Assembly: GCA_002796125.1 (NCBI GenBank)
Contig: PCWA01000109.1
Coordinates: 65,347 to 129,346, forward strand
Length of the DNA stretch: 64,000 nucleotides
Source of the DNA: Candidatus Ghiorseimicrobium undicola
Lineage (GTDB): Bacteria; Omnitrophota; Gorgyraeia; Ghiorseimicrobiales; Ghiorseimicrobiaceae
Direction of reading: 5' to 3'
Below are positions 34,801 through 43,968 of the stretch, one piece after another. A program made the translations under genes and the position numbers. The notes beneath the pieces were generated by a model. That model made no database searches. It worked only from the letters and a program-made list of their open reading frames with translations, and was not told the DNA's origin. Each line of letters starts with the position of its first letter. Position 1 is the stretch's first letter.

Positions 34801-35059
34801 CGTTGGAAAATGTGAGGGATACTTCCGCGAGGTTTAACGGCGGCTTGTTTTCCGTGCCGTTAAAAATAACGTCTTCCATCTTCGAGCCGCGCAAAGATTT
34901 TATTGACTGCTCTCCTAAAACCCAACGGATACTGTCAAAGATATTACTTTTTCCGCACCCATTCGGCCCGACGATGGCGGTAATGCCCGGTTCAAAAATA
35001 AGCGTGGTTTTATCGGCGAAAGATTTAAAACCTATTATTTCCAGTTTTTTAAAGTACAT
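31814..35059 (-). CDS. smc: Chromosome partition protein Smc
   Basis: Walker A GPNGCGKSN, long coiled coils, a hinge, and the C-terminal LSGGEKS...DEIDAALD. I prefer the second in-frame ATG at 35059 (MYFKKLEIIGFKSF); the first ATG at 35071 lies inside the repeat. Confidence 0.9.
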   Translation of the reverse strand: MYFKKLEIIGFKSFADKTTLIFEPGITAIVGPNGCGKSNIFDSIRWVLGEQSIKSLRGSKMEDVIFNGTENKPPLNLAEVSLTFSNESKFLPTDYDEVTITRRIFRSGESEYLLNKTVVRLKDIIDLIAGTGIGAESYSLVEQGKIDLVLSSRPEDRRLVFDEAAGVTKYKSKKKEALRRLEDTENNLLRVSDIIAEVKRQISSLDRQANKARRYKEEFDKLKDLDIKFSKRQILELDNEISDYLVKIESLKKEEIDNNTKLSDLDSQIHQLRKRTQEIEAEINRVKTEEYALISLVDKNTEFIKMNQERILELNSRTDSLKEQEIGLQARLKENQEKVDMLSEELSGLSKNFQDKDLDLKEKEKNLEALIAEIKNAHNNISQSKLDILSIAQKQALLNNDLSDIGMRISNITSRKKRLIIEKEKIDQEKSSLDEQVLVLKAEFDELNTKISILRQDEARHKESLDNTEESIRLLEETAQNLENQRVSLESQLEFLEQLKLKYEDISEVFDGILIVDKLPQGELSGILSKVKEIRQIDSGKYQITCELKPIPLDTQKIKEKINKIGEELSSFRSKIGVEKQSLSAIKSGLINIGDNIHQEEISLNAKKTNLQALEQQLEKICQEAGVIALEYDESNADLDSSNLKYSELKMEGVNLENKRNESESLITGLQEKIAKNNEVKEEMTVAIARCGAEINSLDDRKTALFNSLKLMQGALSNDQSSLERISQEIQTSFIRSGELAKESQNLNNQVVKAGLDKQGVAEELDILRKRFEEAAEEEMQKDQALSLVRNELDRIKNGIHQLSMQDKDIEFKKSTIKERLSQSYRINLDELPLVDEDFDRQKVSEEIGELRAKIEKMGTVNLVAIEEYDELKQRFEFLTSQQNDLISAKESLKEAINKINKTTKQLFLETFAKVGEQFKIYFRLLFGGGEAQLMLIDENDVLESGIEIIARPPGKKLQNVMLLSGGEKSLSAIALIFAVFKIKPSPFCVLDEIDAALDESNVDRFNRLLQEFIETSQFLVITHNKKTITAADVMYGITMQERGVSKIISAKLKERNSSKEEVITQPEEEAPEAEAPAEAK

Positions 35060-35176
35060 TAATGAGCGCATAACTTGCGGAGGCGAAGCCGACGTAAGTT
35101 ATAGGCGCGAATTAATCCCGAAGCCTACGCAATAAATTTCGAAGAAATTTACGAGTGTTTAGGCGAGGGATAACGG
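35060..35176 (-). repeat. Composite intergenic element I: long-stem family-1 element (35060-35119) plus a hairpin U module ending AGGCGAGGGATAAC
   Basis: ttAATGAGCgcataacttgcgg...ccgacgtaagttataggcgcGAATTAATc followed by aataaatttcgaagaaatttac. Confidence 0.55.
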
Positions 35177-35205
35177 TTATATATAATTAACAATCAATAA
35201 GCTGC

Positions 35206-36408
35206 CTACCTATTTAAAACCTCTTTAAATTTTTTCGTTAATAAAGGCACTGCTTCAAATACATCCGCGACAATACCATAAGTTGCCACGCTGAATATGG
35301 GTGCCTGCGGATCACTGTTTATAGCTATTATTATATCAGAAGATTGCATTCCTACCAAGTGTTGAATTTGCCCGGAAATTCCACAAGCTATATAAACTTT
35401 AGGGCAAACTGTTTTCCCGGTCTGCCCAACCTGATGAGAATAAGGCATCCAACCAGAATCAACCGCGGCACGCGAGGCACCAACGGCAGCCCCTAAAACC
35501 CTGGCTAATTCTTCAAGTAAGGCGAAATTTTTTGCCTCCTTTAGACCGCGGCCCCCGGACACTACAATATCAGCCTCCGTCAAGTTAACCGTAGCCGATA
35601 CCTCTTCTGCTATGTCCAGTATTTTTGTGCGCGAACTAAATTCCTCGGCTTCAAATGCTTCCTTGATGATTTTTCCCTTCCTTGTTTTATCTGTGCGCGC
35701 TTCCTTCATTACCTTATGCCTTACAGTCGCCATCTGGGGACGGAAATTCGGTGAAATTATTGTTGCCATAATATTGCCACCGAAAGCAGGCCGCGTCTGA
35801 AGCAGTATTTTCTTTTTTGCGTCAATATCCAAACCGGTACAATCAGCTGTCAGGCCGGTATAAAGCTTGACAGCGACCCTGGAAATAAGCGAACGCCCTA
35901 TGGAGGTAGCCCCGCATAGCACTATCTCCGGCTTATACTTTTCAATTAACTTAATAAGGATGTGGGAAAACGGCTCATCCAAATAATTGGCCAGATTCTC
36001 ATCATCCACCAAATAAATATTATCAGCCCCCCTGTATATCAATTCATCGCTACACTTTAATACATCATGCCCCAATAAAACACAGGATAAATCTACCCCC
36101 AGCTTATCGGCCAGCTCTCTGCCCTTACCTAACAATTCATAAACTACACTTTGCACAACAGCCTTTTTCTGTTCGGCAAACACCCAAACTCCCTTGTATT
36201 CCCCTAAATCCTTTGTTTCTTCTATCACTTGCGGCCTTGCTATCTCTATGGCATCAAATTTGCACACAGTTTTACAAGCGCCGCATAGATTACACTGATT
36301 AAAATCTACTATGGCAAGCTTATTTTCTACGCGCATTGCCCCGAAAGGACACGCGTTTACGCAAAGCGTGCACCCCTTACAGTTATCTTTCAATATTTTT
36401 ATGCTCAT
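35206..36408 (-). CDS. etfA: Electron transfer flavoprotein alpha subunit with an N-terminal 2x[4Fe-4S] ferredoxin domain
   Basis: CKGCTLCVNACP and CNLCGACKTVC, followed by the ETF-alpha FAD-binding domain. Confidence 0.88.
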   Translation of the reverse strand: MSIKILKDNCKGCTLCVNACPFGAMRVENKLAIVDFNQCNLCGACKTVCKFDAIEIARPQVIEETKDLGEYKGVWVFAEQKKAVVQSVVYELLGKGRELADKLGVDLSCVLLGHDVLKCSDELIYRGADNIYLVDDENLANYLDEPFSHILIKLIEKYKPEIVLCGATSIGRSLISRVAVKLYTGLTADCTGLDIDAKKKILLQTRPAFGGNIMATIISPNFRPQMATVRHKVMKEARTDKTRKGKIIKEAFEAEEFSSRTKILDIAEEVSATVNLTEADIVVSGGRGLKEAKNFALLEELARVLGAAVGASRAAVDSGWMPYSHQVGQTGKTVCPKVYIACGISGQIQHLVGMQSSDIIIAINSDPQAPIFSVATYGIVADVFEAVPLLTKKFKEVLNR

Positions 36409-36439
36409 TTAATTTAACTCCCAATCTTATTGACTCTTG

Positions 36440-36521
36440 CTTTACCACTGGCATCAAGGTAGTCAATATTCCGTTTATGTTTTGCGGAATTTTTACCATT
36501 AGTTGTACAAAGCTCAATAAG
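36440..36521 (-). repeat. R2 repeat, copy 2, beginning 10 nt after the etfB stop and inside the etfB-etfA spacer
   Basis: Homologous to 29154-29234 (copy 1). Confidence 0.6.
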
Positions 36522-36531
36522 ATTTCAGTTT

Positions 36532-37311
36532 TTATATTATGCCTTTTAGGCCTTTGATGATCTGATCAGCAGCCTCATTAATGTCGCCGTCAAATATTTT
36601 ACCGTTTTTCCTTTTCTCCGGACTAAAAATCTTAACTACCTGCGTAGGAGACCCGTTTAAACCCAACAAACTGCCGCTAGCTGAAACATCCGCGGCCGTC
36701 CATTTAATAATAGAGGCCTGTTTTGCGCGCATCTTCCCCTTTAGCGAAGGCAGGCGCGGCTCATTTATCTCTTTAACCACCGTTAATAAAATTGGCAATT
36801 TCCCTTCTAATATTTCAAATCCCTCTTCGGTCATTCTCTCAACCTTAATTATTTTGTCTCCTATTTCTTCGATTTTCTTGACATAGGTTACCTGCGGCAA
36901 ATCCAGGTGTGCCGCTATTCCCGGCCCAACTTGAGCCGTATCTCCGTCTGAAGCCTGTTTGCCGCATAAGATAATATCAAAATCTTTAATTTTCTCTATC
37001 GCCCTTGATAAAGCATAGCTGGTAGCCCAGGTATCAGAGCCGGCAAACGCCCTATCCGATAAAAGTATCGCTTCATCAGCTCCTAAGGAAATTGCCTCTC
37101 TTAGAGCGGCCTCAGCCTGAGGCGGGCCCATGGTCAAAACAGTCACTTTGGCGCCAAACTTCTCTTTGATACGCAATCCTTCCTCAATAGCATACATATC
37201 AAACGGATTTATGATTGATTCAACGCCCTCTCTTACCAATGTATTGGTTTCGGGGTTTATCCGCACATTGGTCGTATCCGGAACTTGTTTAATACAAACT
37301 ATAACATTCAT
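36532..37311 (-). CDS. etfB: Electron transfer flavoprotein beta subunit
   Basis: 259 aa, MNVIVCIKQVPDT... Confidence 0.9.
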   Translation of the reverse strand: MNVIVCIKQVPDTTNVRINPETNTLVREGVESIINPFDMYAIEEGLRIKEKFGAKVTVLTMGPPQAEAALREAISLGADEAILLSDRAFAGSDTWATSYALSRAIEKIKDFDIILCGKQASDGDTAQVGPGIAAHLDLPQVTYVKKIEEIGDKIIKVERMTEEGFEILEGKLPILLTVVKEINEPRLPSLKGKMRAKQASIIKWTAADVSASGSLLGLNGSPTQVVKIFSPEKRKNGKIFDGDINEAADQIIKGLKGII

Positions 37312-38927
37312 GTTTTATTACCTTTCTGTTTAATTACGGCCATAATAATAAACGGGATAAAAGCCATGCTAAGAACAATTAGCCCTGAAGCTAAAAAATA
37401 TACGTTGCTGGATTTCAAAAGCGGCATTGCGCCCAAAAAAGCATCTATTACGAAATGCGCTATAATTACTGTTTCCAGGCCGTATTTCAAAAATACGATC
37501 CCAAATATGAAACCGAATATCGTAAGCTCTACCGCCCTGACATAAGCGGGAAATACAGAATAGGTCGAATGGCCCAAGGCCCAAATCAAAGAAGAAATCA
37601 ATATCGCCGCCCAGGCGAATCTTACATATTTTTTTAAAAAAGAAATAGCAAATAACCTAAACATAAACTCTTCGCTGAAAGCGGCAGTCAAGGCTACGGT
37701 CAAAGGAAATAAAAACGGCATAGCCGTACCTAAAATATTTGAATATTCCGAATGCGGCGGCATCCAAATATTAAAAAATCTGGTTCCAATAAGGTAAAAT
37801 ATCGTAACATAACCTAAAAATATAAAACCCAGTGAATAACCGGCTATAACTTTCGGTAAAGCCAGAGATAACGTAAAATTTTTATCCCGCAGCGCATCAA
37901 GTAAAGGCGTTTTTGTCCGCCACATCGAACGCGCCAAACTATCCCCTACAGAACCATAAACAAAAACAGCCATGCCTAAAACCAAAGCATTTATGAAAGC
38001 GCTAAAAAAAGATATGATAATGAAGACGCCTTTGCTCATCGTATCGGGATACATACTCCACAGCAAGGGCAGGCAATTAATAAAATAAACTATATTAAAT
38101 AAAATAACTATACATCCGGCTACGAGGCCAAACCTCCAGTTAAGTTTATCATTTTTATATTCCGTAATCAACGTAAATATTGTGGCTATTACCAATAAAA
38201 ACGTAAAGATTACGCTTAGCAATGAAAGGGCCTCCCCTAATGCTATCTCTCGCTTTAATTCTCTTTTAAAAGCTTCGGGGATTTTAAGCTGCCTGGAATA
38301 ATAACCTAATTTATCACCGTAAACATAAACAAAAACCCTGATGACCGCGTCTTTTAGTTTATAATGTTTTTTCTCCCAACTAAAGCGGTAATCAGTCCTA
38401 TTTTTCTGTTTTTGCGTGCTGTTTTCCTTTAACTCATAATCCGACAGGTTTATGCCCTGCGAAGCGATAACCGAGCTTGCCAGCAATATGGCTTGGGCTT
38501 CTTCGAGGTCCGCCCCTTCGGCATCATCGAGAATAAGATGATGAAAGCTCAATACTTCGCCGGTACTAGGATCAATACGGACCTTAAACCCTTCCTTTTC
38601 CAGCTCCTTAAACCACCTTACTCTCCAGAACCAGATAGGGACTTCGCTGCCGGCTAATTGGTTAAACTTTTTTATGCCAAAATTCTTCTGTAAATAAGCG
38701 GCTCCTTCATCATCCGCATCAAATATCACGGCCTTATCGAAGCCGCTCAGGTCAAAATCCTGCCGGGACAAAAAAGCTTTTGCCCTGTTTAATGCCTCTT
38801 CTTTGGTTAATTTTATATCTACAGAAGCAATAGGAAAGGCATGGTTGAATAATAGAAGAAACGCGGATAACCCTGCGACAGCCAAAATCAACCATGCGAC
38901 CGATGAGACTATTTTGGGTCTTGCCAT
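37308..38927 (-). CDS. Membrane protein with an extracytoplasmic domain and a C-terminal CPBP (CAAX/Abi) intramembrane metalloprotease domain
   Basis: EEFMFR...ALGHS...FVIDAF motifs in a multi-TM C-terminus. It overlaps etfB by 4 nt. Confidence 0.65.
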   Translation of the reverse strand: MARPKIVSSVAWLILAVAGLSAFLLLFNHAFPIASVDIKLTKEEALNRAKAFLSRQDFDLSGFDKAVIFDADDEGAAYLQKNFGIKKFNQLAGSEVPIWFWRVRWFKELEKEGFKVRIDPSTGEVLSFHHLILDDAEGADLEEAQAILLASSVIASQGINLSDYELKENSTQKQKNRTDYRFSWEKKHYKLKDAVIRVFVYVYGDKLGYYSRQLKIPEAFKRELKREIALGEALSLLSVIFTFLLVIATIFTLITEYKNDKLNWRFGLVAGCIVILFNIVYFINCLPLLWSMYPDTMSKGVFIIISFFSAFINALVLGMAVFVYGSVGDSLARSMWRTKTPLLDALRDKNFTLSLALPKVIAGYSLGFIFLGYVTIFYLIGTRFFNIWMPPHSEYSNILGTAMPFLFPLTVALTAAFSEEFMFRLFAISFLKKYVRFAWAAILISSLIWALGHSTYSVFPAYVRAVELTIFGFIFGIVFLKYGLETVIIAHFVIDAFLGAMPLLKSSNVYFLASGLIVLSMAFIPFIIMAVIKQKGNKT

Positions 38928-38939
38928 AAACTATGCCGA

Positions 38940-40091
38940 CTACTTCGCCATTTCTTTGATTACCTGCAAGCCGATAATATTTCTTTGTATCTGGTTTGTT
39001 CCTTCGTAGATTTGAGTAATCTTGGCATCGCGCATAAATTTCTCTACCGGATAATCACGCATATAACCGTATCCGCCAAATATCTGCACGGCATCGGTCG
39101 CAACGCGCATCGCTGTATCAGAAGCGAATAATTTTGCCATCGCCGATTCCTTGCCAACGTTTGTTTTTCCGGCATCTACCATGCGGGCTACCGAATAAAC
39201 CAAAGCGCGTGCCGCCTCGGTCTGTGTCGCCATATCGGCAAGCATCCATTGCAAGCCCTGAAAACTTGAAATGGTTTTTCCGAACTGTATTCTTTCTTTG
39301 GAATATTTAACTGCCAAATCAAGAGCGCCTTGAGCAATGCCTACTGCCTGTGCCGCTACTCCGGGCCTGGACATATCAAATGTTTTCATCGTAACAATAA
39401 AACCCATGCCTTCTTTAGCTATCAGGTTTTCTTTAGGGATCTTGCAATCGCTAAAAATCAACTCGCGCGTAGAAGAAGCACGGATACCCATTTTTTCTTC
39501 TTTTTTGCCAAAAGTAAAACCCGGCGTACCCTTTTCAACTATAAAAGCAGAAGCGCCCCTGGCACCTTTATTTTTATCCGTCATGGCAATAACCGTATAA
39601 GTTTCCGCATCGCCTCCGTTTGTTATAAAATGTTTTACGCCGTTTAAGATATAATGCTCACCTTCTTTTTTCGCTGTCGTCTGAAGATTGGAAGCATCAG
39701 ATCCGGCAGAAGGCTCAGTAAGGCCGAAGGCGGCGATTTTCTTGCCGCTGGCCAAATCAGGAAGGTATTTTTTCTTTTGGGCATCGTTTCCATAAAGTAT
39801 TATCGGAAACGTACCCAGGGCGCTTGCGGCATAACTTACGGCAATGCCGCCGCATACGCGTGAAAATTCTTCGGTCGCAATACACAAATTAAGGACCCCA
39901 ACACCTATTCCGCCGTATTCTTCAGGTATAAATATACCAAACAAATCAGATTTTGCCATATCGGCTATTATCTCTTTGGGGAATTTTTCGCTTTTATCCA
40001 ATTCCGCGGCCCGGGGCTCTATTTTTTCCTTTGCTATCTGGCGGCATAAATCTCTAATCATAATTTGTTCTTCAGTCAATAAATAGTCCAA
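38940..40091 (-). CDS. Acyl-CoA dehydrogenase (butyryl-CoA dehydrogenase-like)
   Basis: ACAD fold. I prefer the TTG start at 40091, which gives MDYLLTEEQ and an AGGAGGG RBS 6 nt upstream. The track ATG at 40115 lies inside the repeat. Confidence 0.85.
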   Translation of the reverse strand: MDYLLTEEQIMIRDLCRQIAKEKIEPRAAELDKSEKFPKEIIADMAKSDLFGIFIPEEYGGIGVGVLNLCIATEEFSRVCGGIAVSYAASALGTFPIILYGNDAQKKKYLPDLASGKKIAAFGLTEPSAGSDASNLQTTAKKEGEHYILNGVKHFITNGGDAETYTVIAMTDKNKGARGASAFIVEKGTPGFTFGKKEEKMGIRASSTRELIFSDCKIPKENLIAKEGMGFIVTMKTFDMSRPGVAAQAVGIAQGALDLAVKYSKERIQFGKTISSFQGLQWMLADMATQTEAARALVYSVARMVDAGKTNVGKESAMAKLFASDTAMRVATDAVQIFGGYGYMRDYPVEKFMRDAKITQIYEGTNQIQRNIIGLQVIKEMAK

Positions 40092-40103
40092 TTGTACCCT
40101 CCT

Positions 40104-40145
40104 CAATGAGCACATCCGCCCAAGGCGAGATAGTGCGAATTAATT
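40104..40145 (-). repeat. Family-1 intergenic hairpin element, copy C
   Basis: cAATGAGCacatccgcccaaggcgagatagtgcGAATTAATTcc. Confidence 0.6.
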
Positions 40146-40147
40146 CC

Positions 40148-40600
40148 TCATACTTCCTTTATCAAGGCAATTTCTTCACAATCCGGAAACTTTGGGCAAT
40201 TGCAACATTCCGCCCAAATCTTCTGCGGTAGTTCATTCTTATCCAGCTCATTAAACCCTATAGTTTTAAAATATTCTGGTTTATATGTCAAGACAAAAAT
40301 TTTCTTAACCGAAAAATCTTTGGCTTCATCCAGCGCCTTGGATATCAATTTACGCCCTATGCCTTTATTCTGCTTCTGTTCTGAAACAGCGAAAGATTTA
40401 AGCTCCGCAAGGCCCTGCCAGCCTAAAATATGCAAAGCGCAACAGCCATAGATATTACCCGCTTCTTCAAATATCCAAAAATCACGGATATTCTCATATA
40501 TCTCGTTCAATGAGCGGGCAAGCATCAAATCCTGCTTAGCAAAATTATTTATCAGCTTCTGAATACTTTCCGCGTCTTCTAATCTAGCTTTTCGAATCAT
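40148..40600 (-). CDS. GNAT family N-acetyltransferase (short ArgA-like)
   Basis: The acetyl-CoA-binding motif QNKGIGRKLI and a Cys-rich C-terminal tail. Confidence 0.65.
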   Translation of the reverse strand: MIRKARLEDAESIQKLINNFAKQDLMLARSLNEIYENIRDFWIFEEAGNIYGCCALHILGWQGLAELKSFAVSEQKQNKGIGRKLISKALDEAKDFSVKKIFVLTYKPEYFKTIGFNELDKNELPQKIWAECCNCPKFPDCEEIALIKEV

Positions 40601-40657
40601 TTAATGAGCCCACAACTTACGGAGCAAAGCGAACGTAAGTTGTATGGGCGAATTATT
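40601..40657 (-). repeat. Family-1 element, long-stem copy F, overlapping the glgC stop codon
   Basis: ttAATGAGCccacaacttacggagcaaagcgaacgtaagttgtatgggcGAATTATT. Confidence 0.6.
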
Positions 40658-41897
40658 ATTTATTATTCTGACTTTGTTCGCCGCCTATCTTGGTCCTTTT
40701 AGCAACCACCACTATGCCGGATTCAGAAACAAAGAACTTTTTCCTGTCTTCTTCTACATCATAACCGATAACAGCCCCTTGCGGGATATTAACATCTTTA
40801 TCTATAATCGCGCGCTTAATCTTGGCATACCTTGAAACATTTACCCCTTCCATTAAAATAGAATCATAAACCTCAGAAAAACTGTTTATTCTTACATTTG
40901 GAGAAAGTATAGAGCGCTCTACCCTACCGCCTGAAACAATACAGCCGTCGGAAATCAAAGAATCTAAAACCTCACCCTTTCGAGAGGCGTCTTCTGCTCC
41001 CGAAAAAACTGTCTTTACCGGAGGAAACTGTTCATGATAAGTTCTGATAGGCCAGCTCCTGTCATATAAATTGAAAACAGGTGAGACCTGTACTAAATCC
41101 ATATTGGCCTCATAATAGGCATCAATTGAGCCGATATCCCGCCAGTATTGCGGTTGATTAACATCATTTTTAAGATTATAAGCGCAGATTTTTCTCTTTT
41201 TATCAATCATCTGGGGAATAATATTCCTGCCAAAATCATGATGCGTATCTTTTGCGGCATCTTCTCCTAATTCCTGCTCCAGCACATCGGTATTAAACAG
41301 ATAAATCCCCATTGAAGCATAGACTTTATCGGATTTATTTTGGTTATTTTTATAATCAGCGGGCTTTTCCTTAAAACCGCGGATATTTTCATTTTTATCT
41401 ATATCCACAACGCCGAATTGCACGGCGGCATTCCTGTCTATTTCAACAACACCAACGGTCAAATCCGCGTTATGCTCCCTATGAAAATCTATCATCTTGC
41501 AATAATTCATCTTATAGATGTGGTCTCCGGCTAAAATTAATACCTCGTCAGGATTCTCCTGTTCTATAGAGTAAATATTCTGATATATAGCGTCTGCGGT
41601 GCCCTTATACCAATCGCTTCCTACTCTCTGCTGTGCGGGGATAACATCTATATACTCTCCTATTTCCGACTCGAAAATACTCCAGCCCATTCTAAGATGC
41701 CTGTGCAATGATATTGATTTGTACTGCGTCAGGACATGTATCTTGCGCATGCCGGAATTAATGCAATTAGACAGCGTAAAATCAATAACCCTGTATACGC
41801 CGCCAAAGGGAACTGCCGGTTTTGCCCTATCGCGTGTTAGAGGATAAAGACGCTCACCTTTACCACCGGCCAAAATAAAAACAATTACATCTCGCAT
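40656..41897 (-). CDS. glgC: Glucose-1-phosphate adenylyltransferase
   Basis: 413 aa, ILAGGKGERLYPLT... Confidence 0.92.
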   Translation of the reverse strand: MRDVIVFILAGGKGERLYPLTRDRAKPAVPFGGVYRVIDFTLSNCINSGMRKIHVLTQYKSISLHRHLRMGWSIFESEIGEYIDVIPAQQRVGSDWYKGTADAIYQNIYSIEQENPDEVLILAGDHIYKMNYCKMIDFHREHNADLTVGVVEIDRNAAVQFGVVDIDKNENIRGFKEKPADYKNNQNKSDKVYASMGIYLFNTDVLEQELGEDAAKDTHHDFGRNIIPQMIDKKRKICAYNLKNDVNQPQYWRDIGSIDAYYEANMDLVQVSPVFNLYDRSWPIRTYHEQFPPVKTVFSGAEDASRKGEVLDSLISDGCIVSGGRVERSILSPNVRINSFSEVYDSILMEGVNVSRYAKIKRAIIDKDVNIPQGAVIGYDVEEDRKKFFVSESGIVVVAKRTKIGGEQSQNNK

Positions 41898-41960
41898 AGT
41901 ATTATCCTCTTTCTAACCTGACTGCTTGCATATAGTTAAATAATAAATTCAGAATAATTG

Positions 41961-41975
41961 CCTATCTCTAACGGG
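41961..41975 (+). promoter_or_regulatory. Third copy of the motif CCTATCTCTAACGGG, in the glgC upstream region
   Basis: Same 13-14-mer as the arms in the hisB-hisH spacer. On the minus strand it follows a TATAAT hexamer. Confidence 0.3.
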
Positions 41976-41992
41976 CTTCATTATACTCAAAC

Positions 41993-42958
41993 TCAACGAA
42001 AATGGCAAGCAATAAAATGTCCGTTTTTCTTTAACTCTAAAGCGGGCTCGCGCTTACGGCAAACATCTTTACGGTAAGGGCACCTGGTATGAAAACGGCA
42101 TCCGCTTGGTATATTCAATAAAGATTCCGGTTCGCCCTTAAGAGATACTTTACGGCGCACGCCGGATAAAATAAGCGCCTCGGTATATGGATGAACATTT
42201 TTAAGGTTATCTTCGCTAAATATGCGCAAAGCCGGCGCCACCTCAGCCATCTTACCCAGATACATAACCGCGATCCTATCGCTAAAATTTTTTAGCACGT
42301 TTAGATTATGCGATATAAACAGGCAACTTATCTGCAATTCATCTTTTAACTTAAGCAATAAATCCAGAATCTGCTTTTGGATGAGTACATCCAAAGATGA
42401 AACCGCCTCATCCAGAATCAACATCTTCGGGTTGGTAGATATGGCACGGGCAATAGCTATCCTTTGGCGTTCTCCGCCTGAGAATTCATAAGGAAACCTG
42501 TCTATTGCGTCCCGGCCTAAACCCACCTGATCAAGTAAACCAACTGCCCTGTCTTCAAATTCAGAGGTTTCGTATTTTTCCAGCGCATACAGCGCTTCCT
42601 TTAAAATCTCCCTTACCCTGAATTTAGGGTCAAGACTGTTGAAAGGGTCCTGAAAAACAACCTGCAGGCCTTTTCGTATCTGCCGTAATTCCTTCTTGTT
42701 AGCCGCGCACAAATTCCTACCGTTAAAATATATGCTTCCGCTGTCTTCCTTAATCAGCCTTAAAATTATACGGCTTAGGGTCGTCTTGCCGCAGCCGGAC
42801 TCCCCAACCAAGCCAAGCGTCTGACGCTGGCCAATGGATAAATCTACACCATCAACAGCTTTGACATTAGCCACTGTTTTATAAAACAGGCCTTTTTTAA
42901 TGGGAAAATATTTTTTAACCTCTTTTAATTGCAATAAATTTTCTGACATATCAATCAT
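41993..42958 (-). CDS. Oligopeptide/dipeptide ABC transporter ATP-binding protein (OppF/DppF type)
   Basis: Walker A/B, LSGGERQR, and a C-terminal Cys-rich oligopeptide-transporter extension. Confidence 0.85.
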   Translation of the reverse strand: MIDMSENLLQLKEVKKYFPIKKGLFYKTVANVKAVDGVDLSIGQRQTLGLVGESGCGKTTLSRIILRLIKEDSGSIYFNGRNLCAANKKELRQIRKGLQVVFQDPFNSLDPKFRVREILKEALYALEKYETSEFEDRAVGLLDQVGLGRDAIDRFPYEFSGGERQRIAIARAISTNPKMLILDEAVSSLDVLIQKQILDLLLKLKDELQISCLFISHNLNVLKNFSDRIAVMYLGKMAEVAPALRIFSEDNLKNVHPYTEALILSGVRRKVSLKGEPESLLNIPSGCRFHTRCPYRKDVCRKREPALELKKNGHFIACHFR

Positions 42959-43752
42959 TGGTAATCTGCCGCTTTTATAAGGAGCTTGGTATAATCTTCC
43001 TTAGGGCGGCGCAAGATAATCTGCGTAATGTTTTCTTCTATAACGCGGCCTTTATGCATTACGTTTATCTTGGTCGCGATATCTTCGACTGCCCGTAAAT
43101 CATGAGTTATTAATAAAATAGATACCCCCAGCTCTTCTTTTAACTTTTTAAATAAGTCTATGATTTGTACCTGAAGCGTAACATCCAAATTACTAGTCGG
43201 CTCATCGGCAATGATAAGCTTTGGATTAAGGGCAATGCTCATGGCAATAACGATTCTCTGGCGCATTCCTCCGCTTAGCTGATGCGGGTAATATTTAATA
43301 ACCTCTTTGGCGCCCGCTATACCCACAAGCTTTAATAGCTCAACCATCTTTCCATAAATTTTCTCTTTGCCCAGGTCAGAGTGATACCTGAAAACCTCAT
43401 ACATCTGGTAGCCGATGGTAAATACGGGATTAAGCGCGCTCAGCGGCTCCTGAAAAATTATGGAAATTTCCTCTCCTCTTATTTTCGCCATATATTCCGG
43501 CCGCGCCTTCACCAAATCCCTGCCTTTATATAAAACTTCTCCTTTTTCAATTCGCGCATTTGAGCCCAAAAGCATTAATATTGACAGGGCCGCGCTTGAT
43601 TTACCACAACCTGAGGCGCCGACCAATGCCACAACTTCATCTTCTAAAAGTGTCAAATTAAACCCTTCCAATATGGTATTTTTACCATTTTCGGAATAAT
43701 AGCTTAGTTTTAAATCTTTAATCTCTAACAATGTCTCTTTTGTTTTTCTCAT
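42955..43752 (-). CDS. Oligopeptide/dipeptide ABC transporter ATP-binding protein (OppD/DppD type)
   Basis: 265-aa ABC ATPase with LSGGMRQR. Confidence 0.85.
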   Translation of the reverse strand: MRKTKETLLEIKDLKLSYYSENGKNTILEGFNLTLLEDEVVALVGASGCGKSSAALSILMLLGSNARIEKGEVLYKGRDLVKARPEYMAKIRGEEISIIFQEPLSALNPVFTIGYQMYEVFRYHSDLGKEKIYGKMVELLKLVGIAGAKEVIKYYPHQLSGGMRQRIVIAMSIALNPKLIIADEPTSNLDVTLQVQIIDLFKKLKEELGVSILLITHDLRAVEDIATKINVMHKGRVIEENITQIILRRPKEDYTKLLIKAADYQ

Positions 43753-43966
43753 CTAATGAGCCCACAACTTACGGAGGCAAAGCCGACGTAAGTTGTATGG
43801 GCGAATTATTCCGATGGCTGCAAGTAGATTTCGCAGAAATCTACGCAGTGTTTAGCCATCGGGAAATGAGCGCATCCGCCTACGGCGAAATCTGCGCGAA
43901 TTATCCCGAAGCCTATCGGGGAAATCTCGAAGAGATTTACCCGATGCTTAGGCGAGGGGAATGAGC
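43753..43966 (-). repeat. Composite intergenic mosaic G inside the opp operon, between oppC and oppD
   Basis: Four parts in order. First a long-stem family-1 element (43753-43810). Then a 9-bp-stem hairpin CCGATGGCT...AGCCATCGG (43811-43862). Then a short-stem family-1 element (43863-43906). Then a hairpin U module ending GGCGAGGGGAATGAGCC at the oppC stop. Confidence 0.6.
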
Positions 43967-43968
43967 CA

